A stretch of DNA of 64,000 nucleotides. Origin: Fervidobacterium sp. GTDB lineage: Bacteria; Thermotogota; Thermotogae; Thermotogales; Fervidobacteriaceae. Below are positions 31,026 through 40,947 of the stretch, in pieces. Within the stretch, counting starts at the first letter, position 1. Each line of letters starts with the position of its first letter. A program made the translations under genes and the position numbers. The stretch is taken from assembly GCA_049970055.1 (NCBI GenBank), contig JBMFNR010000001.1:160001-224000 (forward strand), given 5' to 3'. A model generated the notes under the pieces. It made no database searches. It saw nothing but the letters and a program-made list of their open reading frames with translations, and was not told the DNA's origin.

Positions 31026-31754
31026 TTAATTCCTGTTAAGTACACTGATAACCATTGAGACCTTTTGAATAAATTCGTTTCTTAGTGGTTTTACATTTCC
31101 AAAGGAAGAGAGCAATTCCTCTTCGAACAATGGAATTTTTGTTATTCCAGCGTTAGTGTTGATTTCAATAAATTCAACCGTTGCACCAACATTTTCACCC
31201 AGGCTTGAAGAGAACATAATTCTATCTTGTGATAAGTTAGTTGATATTAGATCGGTAGTAGCGTATGTATAGTATCCCGTTATTTGGAATTCTTTATTCA
31301 TAACATCCACTTTAGCCTCAGTTATGTATAACTTGTTATCTTTTAAAGCAAATGCCACAAGATAAAGGGGTATAAATATGCTTGGTACGCTTCTTACAGA
31401 TTTTACATAAAATTCCTCAGCCATCCACGGTCTAAACGAAACAAAGTCCGCGATCAGTGTTTTTTCATTTTTTGTAATATATGCTATAAAATCCTTCCTG
31501 ACTTCTTCCAAATTAGATAGAAACGTTTTTGTACTTGTGCGTTTCACAAAATACATTATTATAATGACGAACGAGTATATTATTAATAATGCTGCGATAG
31601 TATTTTTAACAAATATTATTAAGAGATAGAAATCCCTAACATATTTGATCTGAGCTAGAAAGTCGAAGTTAATGATCAAAAGTATTATCCCAAAAATTAA
31701 CAGTACCAAATCCTTAGCAGGAAATTTTTTAAAAAAATCTCTATCCGATTTCAT
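31026..31754 (-). CDS. Hypothetical membrane protein
   Basis: 242-aa ORF with two N-terminal TM segments and a GGGGGG RBS; co-directional with xseAB. Confidence 0.7.
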   Translation of the reverse strand: MKSDRDFFKKFPAKDLVLLIFGIILLIINFDFLAQIKYVRDFYLLIIFVKNTIAALLIIYSFVIIIMYFVKRTSTKTFLSNLEEVRKDFIAYITKNEKTLIADFVSFRPWMAEEFYVKSVRSVPSIFIPLYLVAFALKDNKLYITEAKVDVMNKEFQITGYYTYATTDLISTNLSQDRIMFSSSLGENVGATVEFIEINTNAGITKIPLFEEELLSSFGNVKPLRNEFIQKVSMVISVLNRN

Positions 31755-31772
31755 GGAATCCCCCCACTAATA

Positions 31773-32042
31773 TCATAACTCTTCCAACTTACTTATAAAT
31801 TCTTCGTATTTCTTATCTATCTCTTCTTTTTGTTTTTTTATTATCGTCACCTTTTCTCTTGCTTTCATCAAAATCGTTATAGCTTTTGAGTAAAGTTCTA
31901 TTTGCCTTTCTATTTCCAATTCAGATGATAAAAACTTTGACTTTACAAATTCAACTACTTCCATAAGTTCCTTAAATGTTAATTTTTCTATATCACCATC
32001 ACTTAGTTTAAGTACGTCATCGATGCTTTTTATCTCCATCAA
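31773..32042 (-). CDS. xseB: Exodeoxyribonuclease VII small subunit
   Basis: LTFKELM...ELEIERQIELYSKA pattern; overlaps the xseA stop. Confidence 0.8.
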   Translation of the reverse strand: MMEIKSIDDVLKLSDGDIEKLTFKELMEVVEFVKSKFLSSELEIERQIELYSKAITILMKAREKVTIIKKQKEEIDKKYEEFISKLEEL

Positions 32043-33553
32043 AATACCTCCAATCTTCCTTCCTTTTCTTCAATCAATGCTTGAGCTTTTCCGTCTGTAA
32101 AATTAACTGTTATTTTATCTCCTAATGTGATGTCTTTAACGCTATTGATTAAGGTTCCATCTTTTGTAATCACTGCACCTCCAAAAGATAGTGCTGAGAG
32201 TGGGCCACCGATTTTTACAAACTCCCCGTGTTTATCGTCAATGGTGCTTAGTGATTTTGAAATTTCCCTATCGAAAAGTTCTGAAACCTTGTTGTATTTA
32301 TCCAACCGTTGATTCAACGTTGTGAGTTCCAATTTTAATCTGTCATTAATTATTCTATAGTTTTCAAGTGTTACTCTCGAAGATTCAAAGAAAGATTTTT
32401 CAATAATTTCTGATATCCCTTTAATAAAATCTGTGGATAAAACCTTTTCATAGCTTTTCAAAGACGAGAACCTGTACAAAATGTTTGCACTATCGACGAG
32501 TACATCGTAAAGAATTTTCACTTTTCCTTTCAAAAGCTGGCTTAACGTTTTGTGCGTATTCTCACCAAGTTTAGTATCAATTATATCTATGCACTTGTTC
32601 ATATACTGCGAAAAATCTACAACAATTCGCTCCACTTTTTCTAAATAAGTTTTCAATTGGTTTGCTATCTCTTTTGCTACAGCTGTCGGGGTTGGAAATC
32701 TTTTCCATGCAACGTAATCCGGTATAGTTTCGTCCTTTTCATGTCCAATTCCTGTGACAACGGGGATGAATTTATTCATCTTAGCTATTCTTAAAGCCAG
32801 ATTGTAGTCATCGAAGTACATCAAATCACTTGGCCCACCACCGCCGCGTATAATAACCACTAGGTCATATTTTATCATATACTCTTTACAAAATAACTCT
32901 ATTTTATCTAACGCATTTATGACCTCTTCCGCCGTTGCAGCTCCTTGCATTGACGATTCATATAAGTGTACAGTAGGTCTCATATTATCGGGAACAAGTA
33001 GGTTTGACAAAAAGTCGAAATATCCTTGAGCTGTTTTTGATGTTATTACTGCAATATACTTTATGGGGTCGAGCTCTTCCAAACTGTGAGTAACCTCTGT
33101 CAGTAGTCCTTCCTCTTTTAACCTCTCTTTTATCAGTTGTCTTCGTTGAAGAATATCAGATTCTCCTTGGGGAACTATCGAATCGGCCCAAAAGCTGAAT
33201 TGTGCCCTATCAATGTAAAAAGATAACTTACCTTGAAATTCCCACTTTTTGTGTTCTAAATCATACTCCGAATGCAAGTTAAGAGTTCTTAAAATCTTAT
33301 TGGTTAAATCTTTTCGTATTATAACGGTCAGTTCGCTTTTTTTGCCATCGGGTGTTTCTTGCGAAACAGTTATATACAACGAACCATTGTAAGGTTTTAC
33401 CTTAACAACGTCTGCTACAAACTTATAACGTCTTTCCAAAAGTTCCGTTTTATCTTTTATTTCCTTATTTATATGGTCTAGGAATAATCGTAACGATTCA
33501 AACCTTGGAGAATATTCTTCATATTGGTATTGCGTATTCTCCATCATTACCAA
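32039..33553 (-). CDS. xseA: Exodeoxyribonuclease VII large subunit
   Basis: IAVITS, MQG, IIRGGGG, VVTGIGHEKDETIPDYVA, PTPTAVA, C-terminal FTDG. Confidence 0.92.
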   Translation of the reverse strand: MVMMENTQYQYEEYSPRFESLRLFLDHINKEIKDKTELLERRYKFVADVVKVKPYNGSLYITVSQETPDGKKSELTVIIRKDLTNKILRTLNLHSEYDLEHKKWEFQGKLSFYIDRAQFSFWADSIVPQGESDILQRRQLIKERLKEEGLLTEVTHSLEELDPIKYIAVITSKTAQGYFDFLSNLLVPDNMRPTVHLYESSMQGAATAEEVINALDKIELFCKEYMIKYDLVVIIRGGGGPSDLMYFDDYNLALRIAKMNKFIPVVTGIGHEKDETIPDYVAWKRFPTPTAVAKEIANQLKTYLEKVERIVVDFSQYMNKCIDIIDTKLGENTHKTLSQLLKGKVKILYDVLVDSANILYRFSSLKSYEKVLSTDFIKGISEIIEKSFFESSRVTLENYRIINDRLKLELTTLNQRLDKYNKVSELFDREISKSLSTIDDKHGEFVKIGGPLSALSFGGAVITKDGTLINSVKDITLGDKITVNFTDGKAQALIEEKEGRLEVF

Positions 33554-35663
33554 CCTCTACCTCTAATTTCTTTCTACTCCCATCGGTGTATACCATTTCA
33601 AATACCCACAGCCTTTTTCTAACATCGTAGTTACTATTTTCCGTTGTTATCGTTATTTTATCTTTTTCGATCGTAACTTTTTTCAAATTGAATTTTATCT
33701 TTTTATATTCTAAGCTTACACCATCGTCTTCGTAGAGGTAAGAGATGATCTTGGATTTGCAGTCACTAAAGACAGTCCAGGTGATTTTATCAACCTTTTC
33801 CATATTCACGTACTCTATTGGATCCATCATCGGAATGGCAGTATTTACTAACTGAAATACTGGTATGTAATCGATCGGTGTATCAACTATTCTCCAACCT
33901 TTCTTGTAAATCTTTCCCTCAAAAATATTAATTGCAGTTTTTGGTAGCCATACGATCCTTTTTTTCACATTTGGCCTATCTACTGGTGCTATCATAAGCG
34001 AGTTTCCAAACATAAATTGGTCTTCTATACTGAGTGATTCTGGTTTGTGGAAATCATAAAAAACTGGTCTTGTCAAAGGTGTATCATTGAGAACTCCGAG
34101 CATATACTGTGTGTATGTGTATGGAAGTAGCTTGTATCTGAGATTTATGGTTTCTCTCAATATTGCTTCGACGCTTTCGCCAAATTGCCAAGGTTCTTGC
34201 CTTCTTGTGCCTATTGCCGAATGGTTTCTATACATTGGAGAAAATACACCAAGCTGCATAAATCTTATCAAAAGTTCAGCGTTTACATCTCCTCCAAATC
34301 CTCCGACGTCAAAACCAGAATAGAAAACCCCAACGATACTCAGCGAATTTATACGCACAATCTCTTGCCTTATGTGCTCCCACCAGCTGTGATTGTCACC
34401 CGTCCATACCCCTCCATAGCGTTGGATACCACAGTAAGCTGACCGCGTAATAAGAAAAGGTCGTTTTTTGAAATCATTTTGTATCATTTCGCTTGTCGAC
34501 CTTGTCATATTCAATCCGTAGGTATTTTTTACCTTCCAATAGGGTGTGCCATCAATATGGATTATATCATCACCGTGTCCTCTTTTACCTATTTCGCCTA
34601 TACTTCCAAGCTTTCCAGCAAGGTTTATTCCATCTTCGAGTTTGGCGTCCATCAGAATCTCTTTTGCCTCTCTTAAGTCTTTTTCCGTTGCAAATATAGC
34701 TATTTCGTTCATATCGTTCCAAAATCCATCTATTCCATCATCAAGATATTTTTTTGCAAATTTGGCCCACCATTTACGTACTTTTGCATTTCTGAAATCG
34801 GGGAATCTAACTCTTCCAGGCCAGACTGCGCCTTCAAAATCACTGCCATTTGGCGTTTTCAGGAAATATTTATCCTTACCTTCCTCGTACACTTCGTAAG
34901 ATTTCTCAACCTTTACACCAGGGTCGAGTATCGATATAACTTTGAATCCCATATTGTGTAATTTTGAAAGCATCTTTTTATATGTTGGGAAGTTTTTCTT
35001 ACTCCACGTAAAAACTTTATAATCATCCATATAGTCTATATCGAGGTATATAACATCGCAAGGTATATGGCGGTTTCTGAAATTATTTGCTATATCCATG
35101 ACTTCTTCTTGGTTAAAATAACTCCATCTAGATTGCTGATAACCGAACGCCCAGATAGGGAACGCTATGTTCTTTCCTGTTAACTTTATGTATTGTTTCA
35201 CTATATCCTTTACGCTCTTACCTGTTATTATATATTGATCGAAACCACTTCCACGAATTTTAAAGGAAATAGTTCTGTCGTTATTAGAATCAATGTCAAT
35301 TTCCATCCAACCCGGGAAATCAGTGAAGCAGCCGTATAATGTTCTCAGATCATCTGAAACAAATATAAAGAATGGGAAACTCTTGTAAAGTGGATCGGAA
35401 GACGGATGGTGTGTAAAGTTATCGGTATTCCAAAAGGTGTATTTTCTACCTTTTCGGTCAAGTGGACCTACTTTATCGCCGAAACCAAAAAAGTGTCCAT
35501 CATTGAAATACTCTCTTTTTATCGTTATGTACTCACCATCTACTTTAAAATCTATATCTTTAAAAAGGTGAGAAAAATCATCATGTTTTGCGTTTTTAAA
35601 ACGAAAATTTACAACAGATTCGCTCTCCACATCGGGCTGTCCGTACGTTAAGCGATATACCAT
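33519..35663 (-). CDS. Glycoside hydrolase family 31 alpha-glucosidase
   Basis: LYKSFPF, GYQQSRWSY, LDIDYMD, GFWNDMNE, WTGDN, DVGGF. Confidence 0.93.
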   Translation of the reverse strand: MVYRLTYGQPDVESESVVNFRFKNAKHDDFSHLFKDIDFKVDGEYITIKREYFNDGHFFGFGDKVGPLDRKGRKYTFWNTDNFTHHPSSDPLYKSFPFFIFVSDDLRTLYGCFTDFPGWMEIDIDSNNDRTISFKIRGSGFDQYIITGKSVKDIVKQYIKLTGKNIAFPIWAFGYQQSRWSYFNQEEVMDIANNFRNRHIPCDVIYLDIDYMDDYKVFTWSKKNFPTYKKMLSKLHNMGFKVISILDPGVKVEKSYEVYEEGKDKYFLKTPNGSDFEGAVWPGRVRFPDFRNAKVRKWWAKFAKKYLDDGIDGFWNDMNEIAIFATEKDLREAKEILMDAKLEDGINLAGKLGSIGEIGKRGHGDDIIHIDGTPYWKVKNTYGLNMTRSTSEMIQNDFKKRPFLITRSAYCGIQRYGGVWTGDNHSWWEHIRQEIVRINSLSIVGVFYSGFDVGGFGGDVNAELLIRFMQLGVFSPMYRNHSAIGTRRQEPWQFGESVEAILRETINLRYKLLPYTYTQYMLGVLNDTPLTRPVFYDFHKPESLSIEDQFMFGNSLMIAPVDRPNVKKRIVWLPKTAINIFEGKIYKKGWRIVDTPIDYIPVFQLVNTAIPMMDPIEYVNMEKVDKITWTVFSDCKSKIISYLYEDDGVSLEYKKIKFNLKKVTIEKDKITITTENSNYDVRKRLWVFEMVYTDGSRKKLEVEVGNDGEYAIPI

Positions 35664-35689
35664 AGTGCACCTCCAAATTTATCCCAAAA

Positions 35690-36526
35690 TCATAAAATCA
35701 TATTATCTATAAGCCTTGCTTTCCCTACAAAAACAGCGAGAGCTATTATAACTCTTCTATCTATCTTTTCTAAAGGCAATAATGTTTCTTCGTCGACTAT
35801 CTCCACGTAATCGATCTTTAACAATGGATGGTTTAGCACATGGAGCATTTCTTCCTTTATCGTTTTAACATCCATTTCACCATGATCAATTAATTCCTTT
35901 GCCCTTAGAAGAGATTTATACAGCCTTGTGGCTTCCTTTCTTTCTTCCTCACTTAAATACACATTCCTTGAAGACATTGCAAGTCCATCGCTTTCTCGAA
36001 CGATCGGCATTTCAATCATTTCTACATCTAGATTCAAATTTTCTACCATTCTTCGAAGTATTCTAAATTGTTGGGCATCTTTTTGTCCAAAGTATGCTCT
36101 TGTTGGTTTCACTATATTAAATAGTTTTGTAACAACTGTGCAGACGCCTCTGAAATGTCCAGGCCTTTTTGCACCGCAAAGGTATTTTGAGAGTTCAACC
36201 TCGTCGACATAAACGGAGTAATTTTTGGGATACATCTCTTCGGTACTTGGATGGAAAACGTAATCAACCCCAATAGGTTCAAGGAGTCTTAAATCTCTTT
36301 CTAAGTCTCTTGGATATCTATTGAAATCTTCGTTTGGGCCAAATTGGGTTGGATTCACAAATATACTAACGACGACTATTTCGTTCTCTTCACGGGCTTT
36401 CCTAACAAGGCTCAAGTGTCCTTCGTGCAAGTAACCCATAGTCGGTACAAAACCGATTGTCTTACCTTTTTCCAAAGCCTCTTTTGATAACTTTTTCATT
36501 TCATTAATCGATTGGACAAGACGCAT
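35690..36526 (-). CDS. panC: Pantoate--beta-alanine ligase
   Basis: [44 protein letters not shown]. Confidence 0.98.
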   Translation of the reverse strand: MRLVQSINEMKKLSKEALEKGKTIGFVPTMGYLHEGHLSLVRKAREENEIVVVSIFVNPTQFGPNEDFNRYPRDLERDLRLLEPIGVDYVFHPSTEEMYPKNYSVYVDEVELSKYLCGAKRPGHFRGVCTVVTKLFNIVKPTRAYFGQKDAQQFRILRRMVENLNLDVEMIEMPIVRESDGLAMSSRNVYLSEEERKEATRLYKSLLRAKELIDHGEMDVKTIKEEMLHVLNHPLLKIDYVEIVDEETLLPLEKIDRRVIIALAVFVGKARLIDNMIL

Positions 36527-36560
36527 AAAGTTCCTCCTTTCTTTTCAGCCAAATTGTCAG

Positions 36561-37577
36561 TTAAATAGATCTCATGTACGTACCATCTTCTAATCTGTAA
36601 ACAAGTCCTTTGATCTCTAGTACTGTTAACATCATCAAAACTTCCGGAATAGTTTTGGAAATCCTCTGAGCTAATTCATCCACAGTTAGGTTTTGTGTAA
36701 GTGATTCAATTAGTATTTTCTCATTTTCGTTTAATTCTATCAATCTTTTGTGCTCTTTAAATCCATAATACTCTAATATTTCAGATGGATCAGTTACTAA
36801 AAACGCTCCGTTACGAATTAAGTAATTCGTGCCGGCACTTGTTGGTTTGAATATGTCACCTGGAATGGAGAATATATCTTTTCCTTGATCAATTCCAAAC
36901 TTTGCAGTTATCAATGCGCCACTATCAAGTCCCGCCTCAGTCACTAAAATACCTTTGGAAATTCCAGAAATTATCCTATTTCTTGCAACAAATGTATATT
37001 TTTGCGGTTTTTCCCAAGGTAAATATTCACTTATTACGCATCCTCTTTTTATTATCTCACTGTAAAGATTTTCATTTTGCTTTGGGTAGATAATATCCAC
37101 ACCACAACCAAGTACAGCTATTGTAGGTCGCGAGCTCTTCAAACAATTAGCATGTGCAATACTATCGACACCGTATGCCATTCCACTCACTATAACAAAA
37201 TGCTTGGATAGTTCTTGTGTAAACAATTCTGTGACGAGCTTACCATAATTGGTCATTTTTCGTGTACCAACTATGGCAAACAAATCGTACGATAAAAATT
37301 CTGAATTGCCCTTGACAAATATAAAAACCGGAGGAGCAGGAATGTTTCTAAGCGCCTCCGGGTATTCTTCATCCCAGTATGTATACAGGTTCAGATCACC
37401 TTTAGAAATCCGTACCTCGATCCTGCGTACCAATTCACCAAACGCTGGATCATTGCTATAGAAATCTAAATAATCATCGGAACCGTATGAAACGATCTCA
37501 TCTATTTCATCAAACTTTTTTTTGAAAAGATTTGATAACGCAACAACCTCAGAACGTCTGATCAACGTAACCACCAA
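36561..37577 (-). CDS. dprA: DNA-processing protein DprA
   Basis: AIVGTR, IVSGMAYGVD, RNRIISG, SGALITA, C-terminal winged helix LEIKG. Confidence 0.95.
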   Translation of the reverse strand: MVVTLIRRSEVVALSNLFKKKFDEIDEIVSYGSDDYLDFYSNDPAFGELVRRIEVRISKGDLNLYTYWDEEYPEALRNIPAPPVFIFVKGNSEFLSYDLFAIVGTRKMTNYGKLVTELFTQELSKHFVIVSGMAYGVDSIAHANCLKSSRPTIAVLGCGVDIIYPKQNENLYSEIIKRGCVISEYLPWEKPQKYTFVARNRIISGISKGILVTEAGLDSGALITAKFGIDQGKDIFSIPGDIFKPTSAGTNYLIRNGAFLVTDPSEILEYYGFKEHKRLIELNENEKILIESLTQNLTVDELAQRISKTIPEVLMMLTVLEIKGLVYRLEDGTYMRSI

Positions 37578-37591
37578 TAACTTTTGTAAAT

Positions 37592-37870
37592 TTATTTCTT
37601 ATTTGCAAGAATCTCTTTAATTTTCTCTTCAACACCTGATTTTTTACCGGGTAAGCACTTATCTGGTTTATCGCCTTTGACTATTGCCTTTGCGTATCCT
37701 TCACATCCTGGATAACCGCATGCGCCACAATTTATACCTGGAAGAGCTTCGAGAATAAGTTTAACTGTCGTGTCCTCTTCAACTTTAAACTTTTCACTTG
37801 TATAAGAAAGAAAAAGCCCAAAAGCAAAACCAATACTCCCAAGAAGTATCGCAGAATAAACGACCACCAC
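37592..37870 (-). CDS. rnfB: Short RnfB-like membrane Fe-S protein
   Basis: One TM helix, then KFKVEED..LPGINCGACGYPGCEGYA..KCLPG; likely GTG start at 37870 after GGAGGTG. Confidence 0.85.
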   Translation of the reverse strand: MVVVYSAILLGSIGFAFGLFLSYTSEKFKVEEDTTVKLILEALPGINCGACGYPGCEGYAKAIVKGDKPDKCLPGKKSGVEEKIKEILANKK

Positions 37871-37945
37871 ACCGGTCACCTCCGAAAGTAGTAAAATCAT
37901 AAATTCGCATTTTGTGTTGAAAATACTAATAGTAACGCTATGGAT

Positions 37946-37974
37946 ATTATATATCAATTTGAAAATAAATGCAA
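37946..37974 (-). promoter_or_regulatory. Putative sigma-A promoter of the rnfB-dprA-panC operon
   Basis: TTGCAT-N17-TATAAT on the minus strand. Confidence 0.65.
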
Positions 37975-38093
37975 ATACAAACTTTGGCTTATCTAAAAAA
38001 GCGCATCTTGGAAATATTAATTTAAGTTTATTCGTTTCAAATGTTTAACATTCAAAGGCTTGAAAATTTACAGATTGCATAGTACAAATGTAG

Positions 38094-38180
38094 TGCAGCG
38101 ACCCCCCTATCCCCCCTTGGAAGAGTTGAAAAAACTTTTTCAAGTTACCCCCGGGTGTAAACCGGGGGATTTTTGTTTTT
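38094..38180 (+). ncRNA. Candidate C-rich small RNA or leader RNA
   Basis: Two C6 tracts, an 11-bp hairpin with G-U pairs (38117-38143) and a GC-rich terminator with U tail, set in AT-rich intergenic DNA. 5' end estimated. Confidence 0.5.
38148..38180 (+). terminator. Intrinsic terminator upstream of pelG
   Basis: CCCCCGG-gtgtaaa-CCGGGGG-ATTTTTGTTTTT, with no protein gene ending in front of it. Confidence 0.8.
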
Positions 38181-38220
38181 ATGAGATTGTGTGATATAAT
38201 TTCTAATATCAGTAAATACT

Positions 38221-38258
38221 TTAATGAACACTTTAATTATTAATGAACACTTTAATTA
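38221..38258 (+). repeat. Perfect 2 x 19-bp tandem repeat in the pelG 5' region
   Basis: TTAATGAACACTTTAATTA at 38221-38239 and 38240-38258. Confidence 0.9.
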
Positions 38259-38282
38259 TTTTAAGAAGGCGTGGGAGTATCC

Positions 38283-39719
38283 ATGGCTGGTATTGGGTTT
38301 GAATTAAATAAATTGCTTAAGCGAAACTCATTTTTCTCAGAAGCGTTTGCATTTTTCTACTCAGCTAACATATCCGCAGGACCGTGGATAGTCTCTTCCA
38401 CCATAATGTTTCTAATTCAAACATACATACCTCAAAAACACATACCTTTTTTGATTTCCGGTATTATTTACACATTCATATTTTCGACAATCTTATTTGG
38501 AAGTGTTTCAACATCGGTTACACGTTATCTTTCGGACCTTATATACAAAAAGCAATTTGCAGAAATATATAATTTGTACACTTCTTCGGCGGGATATGCC
38601 TTTACCTCATCAGGTATATTTTTGATATTCTTTTTTATTGTAAATAAAATAACTGAATGGCAAAAGATAATACTCTTTTCCTATTCATTAACTGCACTTT
38701 CCGTAATATGGGTACAAGTTATATTTGTCTCTGCGATAAGAAGATTCATGCCTGTGATCCTAAGTTTTTTGACAGGAGGGAGTTTAAGCTTATTTTTGAC
38801 ATTGCATCTCTATCGTACAAAAAACGAATATTACGCTTACGCTGGATACAATGTAGGGTTAATGTTTATTATGGTAATCTTACAACTTTTCATCAGAAGA
38901 TTTTTGTACACAGGAGAATTTGATGATACTGGTAAAATTAAAGACGAAAAACCATATAGCGGAAATCAAAAAAAAATTCCTCTTTTCATTACATCAGTTA
39001 AAAAGTACAAAAAGCAAGCAATATCAGGTACTTTTACATACATGGCAGCTTGGATTGACGATTTCATTGCATGGGTTTATTTTCGTTACAGTATATCAAA
39101 AGGATTTATATTTGCACCACAGTATGATATACCGATGTTCATATCTTATCTTTTCATAATCCCGACGTTATCATTGTTTGTACTCAACTTAGAAACTGAG
39201 TTTTACACCTACTACAGGATATTTTACAAATCTATAGAAGAAAATAGAACGTTACGTTTTATTGAGTTGAGTAAACAAAACCTCGATGAAAGTCTTAAAT
39301 CTTCAACGAAATTAATCGTCGCGGTTCAATTTGCATTTATGCTTGCGGGATTGATACTTTCCAAGAGTTTGGCCGAGTTACTGAGATTCAACAATTACGG
39401 ACTTATGGCTTTGAGGGTTGGAATTATAGGGGCCGCAGCCAATGGTGTTTACCTTTATATTTCCTTGATAGCACACTATTTTGATCTTCCAGATATTCCG
39501 TTAAAATCTTCTATTTTAGCATTTTCAGTAAATCTTATTATATCATCATTAACTATTCCAAAGATACCCGGTGTAGGTTTTCTCGCTGGTTTCATTATCG
39601 CAGATATTTATTCTTTTATCTCATTTAGTAAAATTTACTCTTCATTGCTTCTGTTTGAGTTCTCAAGAAATAGATTATCAATGCCGAAGAGAGAGGTAAT
39701 CGTCCATGAGAATAAGTAG
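38283..39719 (+). CDS. pelG: Pel exopolysaccharide transporter PelG
   Basis: Diagnostic N-terminus MAGIGFELNKLL, SAGPW, VTRYLSDLIY, WIDDFIAW, YDIPMFISYL, LETEFY; polytopic. Confidence 0.92.
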   Translation: MAGIGFELNKLLKRNSFFSEAFAFFYSANISAGPWIVSSTIMFLIQTYIPQKHIPFLISGIIYTFIFSTILFGSVSTSVTRYLSDLIYKKQFAEIYNLYTSSAGYAFTSSGIFLIFFFIVNKITEWQKIILFSYSLTALSVIWVQVIFVSAIRRFMPVILSFLTGGSLSLFLTLHLYRTKNEYYAYAGYNVGLMFIMVILQLFIRRFLYTGEFDDTGKIKDEKPYSGNQKKIPLFITSVKKYKKQAISGTFTYMAAWIDDFIAWVYFRYSISKGFIFAPQYDIPMFISYLFIIPTLSLFVLNLETEFYTYYRIFYKSIEENRTLRFIELSKQNLDESLKSSTKLIVAVQFAFMLAGLILSKSLAELLRFNNYGLMALRVGIIGAAANGVYLYISLIAHYFDLPDIPLKSSILAFSVNLIISSLTIPKIPGVGFLAGFIIADIYSFISFSKIYSSLLLFEFSRNRLSMPKREVIVHENK

Positions 39720-40947
39720 GTGGAAGAACTCTATTAAGGAATTTTTTGAATTCTTTATAACAGCCGTATCCAGTGCTCCTAAGTCAACTATTACTTGGTT
39801 GATTGAATACATCCTCGTCGTATCAATTGTATATCTCATGTTTCAATTCTCATTTATTAGACTTGACATAACTATCATTCTGTTGCTAGGTACGGTGTTT
39901 ATTTGGTCTTCACGATATGGGTTGTTCGCTTTTATTGTGACAATTTCTATCTTCGAATTGATCTTTTCTTATATTTGCAAGTCAAATTCTATTTCGTTTT
40001 CAAAGAGTCTAACAATAATATTCTCTATCGGATTTGGACTTGTAACAGGGGTTATAGGTGAGATATTAAATAAGAAAATTAGAACGACGGAAAATGAAAA
40101 CACAAAGTGCAGGATGGAAAATGTAGAACTGCGTGGTCAAATAGATAAATTGAAAACTATTATTGACCAATTAGAACTAAGAGTATATTTTGAAGGACAA
40201 GGCATGATAAACTTACTAGAAAAGTTACAAGAATTGGAGATATTAGACCTTGATGAGATGCTTACCCGATCCGTGGAGATAATTGCCGATTTCTTTGGAC
40301 TTAAAAATTTGCACCTATATAAAAATGACAATTACTTTCTTAGATACGTTGCTGGTGTTGGTCAGAAGCGACTGCCAAATTCGTTTGAGCCAAAGATTTC
40401 AAAGGTAATATCAGGCGCTATTGAAAACGGTTATGCTTCTTTGCCAGGTGTCATTCTTGAAGATAATTTGGAACAATTCGAGCCTTGGTTTGCTGTTAGT
40501 GTTGGAAAAGGTGAAAACACATTTGGAGTATTAATAGTGGACGATATTGAACCTGAAAAATTTTCTCAAACTTTGATTTTATATATGCACGCCATAGCAT
40601 CCTGGCTTGGCGCGAATATTAAGATTATTACTGAGCAGAGCCAACTTCTAGAACAAAAGTACAAAAATCCTGATGGAACGTGGAAAGAGGAGTATTACTT
40701 ACAAAAAAAGAAAGTTTTACAAAAGAGACAGGAGAGGTTTGGTACACCGTATCAAGAACTATGTATCATATATCCAAAGCATCTACACCTTTCTATCATT
40801 AAAGAGTTTAGAAATTCTGATATTTTTATGGCCAATCAGGTCAATGATCAATTTAGGTTGAATGTATTATTAGCTGTTTGTGATGAGATTGGCAAGAAAA
40901 AAATATTGGAGAGGTTGATAAGAAAATATGAAATTGAGGTATGCTGA
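39706..40947 (+). CDS. pelD: PelD-like membrane protein (TM, coiled coil, GAF-like, degenerate GGDEF with RxxD)
   Basis: About four TMs including SRYGL; coiled coil LRGQIDKLK..LELRV; GAF-like region; EFRNSD I-site; overlaps pelG. Confidence 0.7.
   Translation: MRISRWKNSIKEFFEFFITAVSSAPKSTITWLIEYILVVSIVYLMFQFSFIRLDITIILLLGTVFIWSSRYGLFAFIVTISIFELIFSYICKSNSISFSKSLTIIFSIGFGLVTGVIGEILNKKIRTTENENTKCRMENVELRGQIDKLKTIIDQLELRVYFEGQGMINLLEKLQELEILDLDEMLTRSVEIIADFFGLKNLHLYKNDNYFLRYVAGVGQKRLPNSFEPKISKVISGAIENGYASLPGVILEDNLEQFEPWFAVSVGKGENTFGVLIVDDIEPEKFSQTLILYMHAIASWLGANIKIITEQSQLLEQKYKNPDGTWKEEYYLQKKKVLQKRQERFGTPYQELCIIYPKHLHLSIIKEFRNSDIFMANQVNDQFRLNVLLAVCDEIGKKKILERLIRKYEIEVC

Noticed and set aside
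38094..38180. pelG leader as a known c-di-GMP-I/II riboswitch
   Set aside because: The GEMM and class II consensus motifs were not recognisable; kept only as an unclassified RNA candidate.
38221..38258. Tandem repeat as a CRISPR remnant
   Set aside because: Only two adjacent 19-bp copies, with no spacer and no cas genes.
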